From IMG/VR virus record IMGVR_UViG_3300032296_003307, positions 1 to 64,000 of that record: a stretch of DNA of 64,000 bases. One strand, given 5' to 3'. Position numbers and translations under genes: made by a program. This document shows positions 1 to 9,400 of the stretch, piece after piece. The notes under the pieces were generated by a model. The model had not been told where the DNA came from. It saw only the letters and a list, made by a program, of their open reading frames with translations, and did no database searches. The first letter of the stretch is position 1. Each line of letters starts with the position of its first letter.

Positions 1-363
1 TCTTCTATTAGTTTAAAACAAGGTGCTTCATTATCAATTCGTCCTCAAACATTAAATTATTTAGTAAGTAATACATTTGAAACATCAGGATACACAGCAA
101 CAATTTCTGATGTTAGATTGATGAAAACTTTTGAAGGTGTAGGTATTACTGATCCAACAGTAACTGCTTTAAATTTAGCAAACCAAACTACTACTTTAGG
201 TACCTCAGTATCTAAAACTGTAGTTGGTACTGTAATTAATTTAACAGCTACTACTGTAAATACATTATTTGGTACAAATAATTTCCTACAAGCCACTCTA
301 CAAATTACTGGTAGAGATAGTGGTGCTCGTTTAACTATTCCTGTAACTGTAACTAAAGCTTAA
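1..363 (+). CDS. Virion structural (baseplate-region) protein, 5'-truncated by window edge
   Basis: Frame is open from base 1 to TAA at 363. Thr/Ser/Val-rich beta-type sequence, adjacent to baseplate-like genes. Confidence 0.6.
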   Translation, partial: SSISLKQGASLSIRPQTLNYLVSNTFETSGYTATISDVRLMKTFEGVGITDPTVTALNLANQTTTLGTSVSKTVVGTVINLTATTVNTLFGTNNFLQATLQITGRDSGARLTIPVTVTKA

Positions 364-379
364 TAAAAATATATAAAAC

Positions 380-1429
380 ATGTCTTTTGTAAGATTACAA
401 CCCGATGATTTTGTAGTAAGCTCTGATGCTATTTCTTCCATTTGTTGGACAACTGGAAGCCCGGCATTAACTTCTTTCTATACTTCCTCAACCCAAGTCA
501 ATGGTAGTTCAGGAAACTATTATATAAATGTATTTGATACCCCAACCACTTCCTCAGTTCAGTTTGCTATTGCTTACGGTAATGCAAATGGTAGTGGTAG
601 TGCTAATTATAATAATTTAGTAAATGGTAAATCACCAACAGCAACAATTTATGGTCAATGGCAAGATTTAGTAATTGGAGACGAAAATACTAATTTTGTA
701 TTTGGTAACATTACTTCATCAGAATTTTTTGCTTTACCAATTGAAAGAGCTTGTTATAAAGAATCTATTTTCTTAGGATCTTTAACTTTAACTCTTAAAA
801 ATCCTTTAAATGCTTCTTCAGGTTCTATTTCATTAACAGACAATAGCAGTTTATATACTACAGGAAATGGTTTAGCAGTTCAATTTACTGAAGCAGGTAG
901 AGTATTTCAATTAGTATCAGGTTCAGCAGGAACAATCAATACAAGCCGGGACTCAAACGGATATACATTAACATCAGGATCTTATGGTTGGTTATTACCT
1001 GATATTGGAGCCATTATTTTAAATCCTTTAGCTTTATCAGCTCCTACAGCAAGTGGAGGTCTTGGTTTTGCATATAGTGGATCAGCTTCAGCAACAGGAT
1101 CTATAGTTACAAGTCCTAATCTGTCACTATTTTCAGCAATTTCAGCATCAGGTTATTTCCAGTTAAATTCCCAAGAAACTATCACTTCAGATTTCGTATT
1201 TGTAAGACCAAGAAGCTCAGAATTTAATTACTCAGAAAATCCAAGCTTTATTTCAGGTTCAACAGGTGAAGTATTGTATTCTAACTTCATTAATAATCCT
1301 CAAACATATATTACCACAATTGGTTTATATAATGATGCAAATGAATTATTAGCTGTAGCTAAATTATCGAGACCTTTATCTAAAAACTTCACAAAAGAAG
1401 CTTTAGTAAGAGTTAAGTTAGATTTCTAA
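380..1429 (+). CDS. Baseplate/tail-fibre attachment structural protein
   Basis: C-terminal YITTIGLYNDANELLAVAKLSRPL resembles the tail-collar/fibre-attachment motif (xEIGLxDxxGxLxAVA). SGS/TGS-rich. Confidence 0.6.
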   Translation: MSFVRLQPDDFVVSSDAISSICWTTGSPALTSFYTSSTQVNGSSGNYYINVFDTPTTSSVQFAIAYGNANGSGSANYNNLVNGKSPTATIYGQWQDLVIGDENTNFVFGNITSSEFFALPIERACYKESIFLGSLTLTLKNPLNASSGSISLTDNSSLYTTGNGLAVQFTEAGRVFQLVSGSAGTINTSRDSNGYTLTSGSYGWLLPDIGAIILNPLALSAPTASGGLGFAYSGSASATGSIVTSPNLSLFSAISASGYFQLNSQETITSDFVFVRPRSSEFNYSENPSFISGSTGEVLYSNFINNPQTYITTIGLYNDANELLAVAKLSRPLSKNFTKEALVRVKLDF

Positions 1430-1432
1430 TGA

Positions 1433-2416
1433 ATGGGTGCTTACAAACAATTTTTAGCATCGGATATAATCATTACTCCGTTTGAAGTAAATAAATCATT
1501 TACTTTTAAGGGAAATGCCTTAACTGGTTCTGATGTTGGAATTGATAGATTTGTAGGAAGTAACATAACAGGTTCCTTATTCAATCCCCTTTCAGATCCA
1601 ACTACAGGATTTATAACTACTCAATATCAAAGATTAGTTTATAATTCTATTGAGGAATTATATTATTCAAATTATTCAAACAATACCTCAAGCTTTGGTT
1701 CACCTGCAGCAACAGCTAGTTTAATACCTGGTTCAGATCCTTCAGGAGATGTTTTTGTAGGACCAGCCTCTTCGGCAGGTAGATATTGGAATTATCCTCA
1801 AACAACTTTAACTTTTGAACATTATTTTCCTGTTTTACAATCAGATATAATAGGAGTTTTATCCGTACCTGTAAGATTATTTGGTAACTATATTCAACCA
1901 AATTCTTTTATTTGGACAGCAGATAGTGGTTCAATTTATGATGATGGACAGGGTAATTTAATATTCTCTGCCTCAGGAGAAATTTGTGGTAATATATTTT
2001 ATCCTCACGGAATAGCAGTATTAACAGGAACCACTTATACTAGTGGAGGAACCTATGGTTCAGGAACTTATGGAACATCCTCTTATGGTGATGTTAATCC
2101 TGTTTCAGTTTTAAATTTTGTTACCTCTTCTAATGTAACTTGTTCATTTTCCTCTTCATTAACTTTATTTGAAACACAATACAAGTGTACCTCAAGACAA
2201 AATGAATTTAATTTTAGTTTAAATCCAACTATACTTTCAGGTTCAACAGATGATGTTCCTTATAGTTTTGCAACAGGTTCTTATTTTACCCCTTATGTAA
2301 CAACAGTAGGACTTTATGATGAGGCACAAAATTTAGTTGCAATAGGAAAACTATCTCAACCCTTACCTCTATCCCCAGTAACAGACACAACAATTTTAGT
2401 AAATATAGATTTTTAA
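1433..2416 (+). CDS. Baseplate/tail structural protein, paralog of 380..1429
   Basis: Shares C-terminal EFNxSxNPxxxSGS...YxTTxGLYxxxxxLxAxxKLSxPL with the upstream gene. Confidence 0.6.
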   Translation: MGAYKQFLASDIIITPFEVNKSFTFKGNALTGSDVGIDRFVGSNITGSLFNPLSDPTTGFITTQYQRLVYNSIEELYYSNYSNNTSSFGSPAATASLIPGSDPSGDVFVGPASSAGRYWNYPQTTLTFEHYFPVLQSDIIGVLSVPVRLFGNYIQPNSFIWTADSGSIYDDGQGNLIFSASGEICGNIFYPHGIAVLTGTTYTSGGTYGSGTYGTSSYGDVNPVSVLNFVTSSNVTCSFSSSLTLFETQYKCTSRQNEFNFSLNPTILSGSTDDVPYSFATGSYFTPYVTTVGLYDEAQNLVAIGKLSQPLPLSPVTDTTILVNIDF

Positions 2417-2417
2417 T

Positions 2418-2858
2418 ATGTGGTTATACAACGAAAAAGTTATAGAAAATATTGAGGATTTTCCTCAAGATACCTTTGGTTTTATTTACATAGTAACACA
2501 TAAACCAAGTGGTATTTCTTACATTGGTAAAAAGGTATTATATTACAATGTAAAGAAAAAATTAACAAAAAAGGAACTAGCAGAACAAACAGGTCCAGGC
2601 AGGAAGTCAACCACAAAGGTGGTAGCAAAAGAATCGGACTGGAAAACCTATTATGGCTCTGCTAAACCAATTTTAGAACTCATTAAGGATGGTAAACAAG
2701 AGGAATTTACCCGTGAAATTTTACAATTGGTTCCTAATAAAAAACTTCTGACTTACTATGAATGTAAGTTTTTATTTAAATATGGTGTATTAGAACATCC
2801 TTTAGAATATTTTAACGATAATATTTTAGGTAAGTTCTTCACTAAAGACTTTAATTAA
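2418..2858 (+). CDS. GIY-YIG family (Seg-like) endonuclease
   Basis: GFIYIVTHKPSGISYIGKK (GIY..YIG), later YYGS, conserved E (YYEC) and N (YFNDNI). Confidence 0.8.
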   Translation: MWLYNEKVIENIEDFPQDTFGFIYIVTHKPSGISYIGKKVLYYNVKKKLTKKELAEQTGPGRKSTTKVVAKESDWKTYYGSAKPILELIKDGKQEEFTREILQLVPNKKLLTYYECKFLFKYGVLEHPLEYFNDNILGKFFTKDFN

Positions 2859-2884
2859 GCTTGGGTAACCAAGCTTTCTTTTTT
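2857..2884 (+). terminator. Intrinsic terminator
   Basis: Perfect stem AAGCTTGG-gtaa-CCAAGCTT followed by TCTTTTTTT. Confidence 0.75.
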
Positions 2885-2890
2885 ATATTG
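2860..2890 (+). promoter_or_regulatory. Bacteroidota-type sigma70 promoter (cTTG-N20-TATATTG)
   Basis: CTTG 2860-63, 20-nt spacer, TATATTG 2884-90, upstream of primase. Same spacing as at 23216 and 62574. Confidence 0.55.
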
Positions 2891-2895
2891 TGGTT

Positions 2896-3825
2896 ATGCT
2901 CAATCAACCTTTGATAGCATTAGCAAATTCGGTTTTAGGAACCGGAAAACAAACAGCAAGAGGTAATTTTGCTTATCATTGCCCGTTTTGTAACCACCAT
3001 AAACCTAAATTAGAAATTAATTTTACTGAAAATAAAAAAGGAGAAAATCCTTGGCATTGTTGGGTTTGTGATAAACGTGGTAAAAGATTATCTCAAATAT
3101 TTAAACAAGTTAGTGCCTCTCCTAAAGCAATGGAGGAACTAAGAGCACTTGTTAAAACTGAAACAGCAGAACGAGAAGCAGTTGTAGCTGAGGCTGTAAA
3201 TTTACCTAAAGAATTTAAAACATTTAAAAGTATTACTTCCTCAAATATTATAGGAAGACATGCTTTAGCATATCTAAAATCTAGAAATATTACAGAAGAA
3301 GATATCTTAAAATACAATATTGGTTATTGCAAATCAGGACCATACAAAAACATGGTTATTATTCCATCATATGATGGTGAAGGTAGATTAAATTATTTTA
3401 CAGGTCGTTCGTTTGAAAAAGATGTTAAAATAAAATATAAAAACCCATCTGTATCTCGCGACATCATACCATTTGAGTTGTTTATAAACTGGGATATACC
3501 GTTTATATTATGCGAAGGACCATTTGACGCAATAGCCATTAAAAGGAATGTAATTCCGTTATTAGGCAAAAATATACAATCAAAACTAATGAAGAAGATA
3601 GTAATGTCTTCTGTTGATAAAATATATATAGCACTTGATAAAGATGCTCAAAAACAAGCTTTATCATTTTGTGAACAACTAATGAATGAAGGTAAGGAAG
3701 TGTATTTAGTAGATATGAAAGATAAAGACCCAAGCGAAATGGGTTTTGAAAATTTTATTAATCTAATTACAGAAACTTATCCCCTAACACTCTCAGGTTT
3801 ACTTGAGAAAAAATTATTTTTATGA
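2896..3825 (+). CDS. dnaG: DNA primase (Zn finger + TOPRIM, DnaG-like)
   Basis: CPFC..WHCWVC zinc finger; TOPRIM ILCEGPFDA and ALDKDA. ATG 2896 preferred over GTG 2890, which overlaps the promoter. Confidence 0.9.
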   Translation: MLNQPLIALANSVLGTGKQTARGNFAYHCPFCNHHKPKLEINFTENKKGENPWHCWVCDKRGKRLSQIFKQVSASPKAMEELRALVKTETAEREAVVAEAVNLPKEFKTFKSITSSNIIGRHALAYLKSRNITEEDILKYNIGYCKSGPYKNMVIIPSYDGEGRLNYFTGRSFEKDVKIKYKNPSVSRDIIPFELFINWDIPFILCEGPFDAIAIKRNVIPLLGKNIQSKLMKKIVMSSVDKIYIALDKDAQKQALSFCEQLMNEGKEVYLVDMKDKDPSEMGFENFINLITETYPLTLSGLLEKKLFL

Positions 3826-4595
3826 CAAAAATCAAACACACCTACAACCGAATTTTAGAAATTTCGGACGATCACAAACAAGTAACACTCCCTGACGCTA
3901 GATATTATAGACGAAATGGCCAGTATTATCCCTCAGTAACCTATGTTTTAGGTTATTATCCAAAAGGAAAACAATTTGAAGAATGGCTTAAAAACATGGG
4001 TCGTTCTGCTGACTACATTGTTAAAAAAGCAGCCGAAGATGGAACTAAAGTTCATGAAATGGTTGAAAAATATTTGAATGGAGAAGAATTAAATTTTCTA
4101 AACAAATGGGGTGATCCTCAATACGACACAGATATTTGGCAAATGTTTTTACGTTTTGTTGAATTTTGGGAAACATATAAACCTAAATTAATTGAAACCG
4201 AAGTTCATTTATTTTCTGATGAATTAAAAGTAGCTGGTACCTGTGATTTGATTTGTGAAATTGATGGTAAAATTTGGTTATTAGATGTTAAAACCTCTAA
4301 TATGATGCACAACACATATCCACTTCAAACAGCAGTTTATGGATATTGTTATAAAGAATGTTATGGAGTTGATGTAGACAACTATGGTATCCTTTGGTTA
4401 AAATCCTCTAAACGTAGACTTAATAAAGAAAAAATGACTGGCAAGGGATGGGAAGTAGTTATGCCTGAACGTTCACAAGAGGAAAATCTAGAAATATTTA
4501 AAATGGTTAGGCGTTTGTTTGATATTGAAAATCCTCAGGACGCTCCTACATTCACAGAATTCAAAACTACAGTAAAGAGAGATTTGGAATCCTAA
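3822..4595 (+). CDS. PD-(D/E)XK exonuclease (RecB/Cas4-like phage exonuclease)
   Basis: GTKVHEMVE, ETEV, AGTCDLI, LDVKTS, QTAVY motifs. Confidence 0.85.
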   Translation: MTKIKHTYNRILEISDDHKQVTLPDARYYRRNGQYYPSVTYVLGYYPKGKQFEEWLKNMGRSADYIVKKAAEDGTKVHEMVEKYLNGEELNFLNKWGDPQYDTDIWQMFLRFVEFWETYKPKLIETEVHLFSDELKVAGTCDLICEIDGKIWLLDVKTSNMMHNTYPLQTAVYGYCYKECYGVDVDNYGILWLKSSKRRLNKEKMTGKGWEVVMPERSQEENLEIFKMVRRLFDIENPQDAPTFTEFKTTVKRDLES

Positions 4596-4629
4596 CCTGT
4601 TTTCCATATATTTATGGCAAACTATATCC

Positions 4630-5391
4630 ATGATTGGACTGATCTCTTTATTAAAAGAAATAGAAGGAACCCCAAAAGCTATTTTTATGGCTGGCCCAGC
4701 AGGATCAGGAAAATCTTATATATCTTCTAAATTAGTCCCCTCAGATTTTACAACAATAAATGTAGATGATACTTATGAGGAATTACTTAAATCCTCAGGT
4801 ATTGGAATGAAATTAGCTCAAATGTCACCTGATGAATTAAAAAAAGCAGGTGAGTTAATGGGTCAAGCAAGAAAAGCTACTGATGTAAAATATCAAGATG
4901 CTCTCAAAGATGCTAAAAATCTTATAATTGATAGTGTAGGAGGTTCTCCTAAAACATTACTTAAGAAAAAACAACAATTAGAGGATTTAGGTTACACTAC
5001 GTTTATGATAATGACTTATGTTTCGCCTATTACCTCACTAGAGCGTAATATGAAGCGAGATAGATCATTGTTACCAAGTATCGTGCTTCGTTCTTGGCGC
5101 GATGTAAATAAAAATATAGACACATATAAGCAAGCTTTTGGAGCCGACTTTGTATTATTGAATTTAGATCCTGATGATGCTAATAAAAACTTTGATGAAG
5201 AATACATTTATCAAACATTTATTAAACCTTTAGGACAAATAGGTAAAGAAAAATCACCTGAGGAAATAGCAAAATCCAAAGCAGAAACCCAACAAATCTA
5301 TTCAGATATAAAACAAACTCTTAATACACAACCTGAGTTTGATACTTTAGAATCAGCCCAACAAAAAATTACTAATTTTATAAACAAATGA
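4630..5391 (+). CDS. P-loop kinase (zeta-toxin/AAA_33/PNK-kinase-like) with leader peptide
   Basis: Walker A GPAGSGKS, INVDD, Walker B LIID, SLERNxxR lid. Leader MIGLISLLKE. Confidence 0.8.
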   Translation: MIGLISLLKEIEGTPKAIFMAGPAGSGKSYISSKLVPSDFTTINVDDTYEELLKSSGIGMKLAQMSPDELKKAGELMGQARKATDVKYQDALKDAKNLIIDSVGGSPKTLLKKKQQLEDLGYTTFMIMTYVSPITSLERNMKRDRSLLPSIVLRSWRDVNKNIDTYKQAFGADFVLLNLDPDDANKNFDEEYIYQTFIKPLGQIGKEKSPEEIAKSKAETQQIYSDIKQTLNTQPEFDTLESAQQKITNFINK

Positions 5392-6065
5392 AGTTATTAA
5401 ATCTTTTATTAAAAATTTATAAAGAAGAATATGATTTGAATCTTAAAGAGGGTTTAATCAAAACTACTAATATTGGTAAAACTATAAACTTACTCAGAGC
5501 ATCTTTTGATTTTGGGTTTGAATATCAAAGAGATGATAATACATTTGAAGTAACCTTTCATCAAATTAATAAAAATATTTTAGATAATTTTTTAAAATAT
5601 GTTAATAATTTAGGTTGGTTTCCTTCTTATATTTCTACTCCAGCATATAAAGGAAAATGGAGAGAAAATACATATGATGATTATTTGTCTAAAATTAGGT
5701 TTGAAGCAAAATTTGATGAAGAAATAGTTGAAAAAATACCCCAAATTCTTTATCATATCACTCCAACTCAAAATGTTAATAAAATTTTAAAAATAGGATT
5801 AGTACCTAAATCAAGATCAAAAGTATCTTATCATCCTGAAAGAATTTATTTAGGAAAATCTATCGGTGGTATAGAAAAATTAGCTCCTCAAATGAATTTA
5901 AGAACTGGAGATAAAAATTTTACAATATTAAAAATCAACACTGATCTAATTCCTGGAGAATATTTAAGATTATATACTGATCCTAATTATAATAAAGAAG
6001 CATTTTACACTTTAAATAACATTCCTCCACAAGCAATAGAAAAAATTAAAGACATACAATTATGA
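5388..6065 (+). CDS. ADP-ribosyltransferase-fold protein (Tpt1/KptA-like)
   Basis: LYHITPTQNVNKILKIGLVPK, RIYL, ILKIN and C-terminal NIPPQAI pattern. Confidence 0.65.
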   Translation: MKLLNLLLKIYKEEYDLNLKEGLIKTTNIGKTINLLRASFDFGFEYQRDDNTFEVTFHQINKNILDNFLKYVNNLGWFPSYISTPAYKGKWRENTYDDYLSKIRFEAKFDEEIVEKIPQILYHITPTQNVNKILKIGLVPKSRSKVSYHPERIYLGKSIGGIEKLAPQMNLRTGDKNFTILKINTDLIPGEYLRLYTDPNYNKEAFYTLNNIPPQAIEKIKDIQL

Positions 6066-6424
6066 AAAAATTAATAGATTTACTTAACGAAATCGAAGAA
6101 AAAGACAACAAAAAAGTTGTTAAAGAAGAACCATCTGTAGTAGATGAGGTAGGAAAATTCTTTGTAGTTAAAAAACCTAAAAAAGGTATGACCAAAGAAG
6201 ATATGGTATATGAAGCTACTGTATTCGATGAAGTAAAAATGGAAGAGGTAAAAGGTGTTTACAAAAACAAATCAGAAGCCAATCGCCACGCCACTGCATC
6301 TTTAATGGAATATGAAAAACAACTTCAGGAAATGGAAGCCGCTGTAGAAGAGTTCCGTGCCATGAAGAAAGATATTGAAGCAAAAAGAAAAGAAGCAGCC
6401 GAAAAAGTTAAAAGTCTTAAATGA
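6062..6424 (+). CDS. Hypothetical protein with leader peptide and C-terminal coiled coil
   Basis: MKKLIDLLNE leader; ATGA overlaps with both neighbours. Confidence 0.7.
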   Translation: MKKLIDLLNEIEEKDNKKVVKEEPSVVDEVGKFFVVKKPKKGMTKEDMVYEATVFDEVKMEEVKGVYKNKSEANRHATASLMEYEKQLQEMEAAVEEFRAMKKDIEAKRKEAAEKVKSLK

Positions 6425-9400
6425 TAGATTCTATCCTAGAGATATTATTTGAGGAAGACTACACAAAAACAGTAGCCATTTATGGTGGTGGTTTTAAACC
6501 ACCTACCAAAGGTCATTTTAATGTTGTTGAAAAAACATTACAAGAATTACCTGATATAGATGAAGCAATTGTTTTTGTTGGTGGAGGAGTTAGAGATGGT
6601 ATTACCCAAGAAGAATCCTTAACCATTTGGAATATCTACAAAAAATATCTTTCAGATAAAGTTACTATAGAACCATCTGTAGCTCCTGTTAAATCAATTT
6701 TAAATTACGCTAAAGAACATCCTGAAGAAAAAGTTTATTGGATTTTAGGTGCTCGTGAAGGTAATGAAGAAGATTTGACAGATATTGCCAACAGAACTAA
6801 ATCAATTGAAAAATATCCTAACATTGAGGTTAAAGTGATTACCTCCTCAGGTGGTGTTAGTGGTACTAAAACAAGAAAAACCTTATTAGACAATAATAAA
6901 GAACAATTTTTCCATCTCATTCCAGATATAGAGGAAAAAGAGGAAATATGGAACATACTTTCTCCAAAGGTTCAAGAATCATTAGAGGAAGGTTTTATAG
7001 AAAATGCACAAGAAAATATGAAAAAGTTGCTTTTAGCCATTAAACAAGAAGGCAGAGAAACAAGAGATGCCTTTAAGTTAGTTTTAAAAGCAGCCAAAGG
7101 TGAAATCCAACTGACAGACGAACAAAAGAAACAAATTGGAGATCAACTAAAAGATGTTTTGAAAATGGTTGGTTTAGTTAGTATTGCTGTTCTTCCTGGT
7201 AGTTTTATTGTTGGAGCTTTAATTAAAATTTTTAAAGCAGAACGTTTAGTATTTCCTTCATCATTGATGAATGAAGACAAACCCTCAGGTGATTCTAATC
7301 CTTTAGGATTAAAATATATTGATATTTGGCATGAGGGTCAATACAAAGCTGAAGAAAATAAAACAGAAGAAGCTATAAAATTAATGATTCAAGCTGCTAA
7401 AGAAGCTGAAGAATTAGAAAGTATTGGAGAAGCAAATTATTATAAAGGAACTATAGCTTGGTTAAAAAAAGATTATAATACTGTTAACAAATACATTAAT
7501 GATAAATTTGTTAAATCAACAGGTAATGATGAAGTATTAAAACGACTTTTAAATAATAAAGATAAATCTTATAAAGAGGCATATAATACTTCTATAAATG
7601 AAGTTGGAGAAGCAAGTGCTAAAGTTTATCCTTTTTCTTCTGATAAAGATCCTAGTGAAATAATAAATTTAGCTAAAAACTTTTTTAGTAAAGGAACCTC
7701 ATCTAAAGTTTATCAACGAGTTTTAACATATACTTTTTCTACAGATAAAGCCGATTACGTTGTTAAATTTAACATAGAGGTAGAACGTCAAACATATGTA
7801 AACTTCTCTAAAAACCCTGATTGGAAACCAGGTCCTCCATATAAAACATATGCTTCTGTTGGTTTCAATATTGAGGGAGAGGAAGAAGATAAAGATACTA
7901 ATTTAAATGAACAGTTTTCTGTTTTATCTACAGTAACAAAAATTATTTTTGATTTTATTGACAAAATAAATGAAGCTGAAGGTAATTTAGTGTCATTAGT
8001 AATTGCTCCTAAAAGTGATACTGGTGAAGAATCATCATTGAATTCTAAACGAGGTAGATTCTACACAGCATACATTCAAAAGAATTTATCCAAATACCCA
8101 GAATATAAAACCAGAGATGGTAAAAATAATTCAGGGGGTGAATATGTAGAAATTTATAAAACAAACAGTGTAAATGAATTAGAAGAAGGTAGAAAAAAGA
8201 AACCTGATCCTAAAAAAGGAACAGGCAAAAAACCTGAAGGATCAGGTCGTAGATTATACACAGATGAAGATCCTAAAGATACTGTTAGTATTAAATTTAA
8301 AACCAAAGAAGATATAGTTGATACTTTAAATAAAAAACAATTTAAAGCTAAATCACATGCTCGTCAATCTCAAATTATTAATTTAATTCATCAACGAGTA
8401 AGAGCCGCTTATGGTAAAGCAAAAGATCCTGAGGTAAAAGCAAGATTAAAACGTGCTTTAGATTATATTGAGTCTCGTAAAGAGGCATCAAAAGAAAAAA
8501 CAGAACGTTTACGTAAAATGAAAGAAGCATCCGACCCACAAGCAGGAACAGCTTTACCTTATGGTTCAGGATTTGCTCCTGTAAAAGAAAGTTACCAATT
8601 TAAAGTTTCCGATAAAAACTATGATGAAGAAGATAATTCTTTAATTTCAGTTGATTATAAATTTTCTACCCCAGATAATGATTATAGAGTTGAATTTTAT
8701 TCAGGTGAATACAATCCTGAAGCTAAAATATTTGATGTTTCTTTTGGAATAGACAAATATGGTTCTAAAATTGATACTTTCCAAATGACAGGTGAAGGTA
8801 ATGCTTTAAGTATTCTTAAAACTATTGTTGATATTATTAAAGATTTTACAAAACGTTTTGAAGTAAATAAGTTAGTTATTGATCCAACAAGCGAAAAACG
8901 TGGAAAAATTTATTCAATGATATTAAAATCATTACCCCCAGACATCTTAAATAAAGTAGAACTTATAAATGAAAATGATTTATTTGGTTTAAATAAATTG
9001 GATAAAGATTTTGTAAAAGAATCCAAAGAATTAAACGTTCAAGATTTAGCTTATAAACAAATACCAGGACTATTAGAAAAAGGAATTAATTATGGATTAG
9101 CCCATTTTAGAGGATTCATGAAATCTTCTTACAAATGGAGTGGTCCAAAGGATAGAAATGATTTTTTTGATTTTATAGAAAATATAAAAGGAGAAATAAA
9201 ACGAGTTCCTTTATCATCTATAAAACCTTCTCAATCAGGTAATGATTACAAAAATTCCTCTTCAGAATATGAAGCAGAAGAATTTCAAAAAATATTAGAT
9301 GGAGAAAAAAATATAGAGGATCATAGGAAAGAAGATTTTTATCCTATATTAGTTAATAAAAGAGATAATAAAATATTAGATGGAAATCATAGACATTATG

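Noticed and set aside
3822-4595. Cas4 as evidence of a CRISPR-Cas system
   Set aside because: It lacks the four-Cys Fe-S pattern and there are no other cas genes; it is an ordinary phage exonuclease next to primase.
4630-5391. Zeta toxin of a toxin-antitoxin pair
   Set aside because: There is no epsilon-like partner, and the leader and context fit the cargo cluster. Only the kinase fold is supported.
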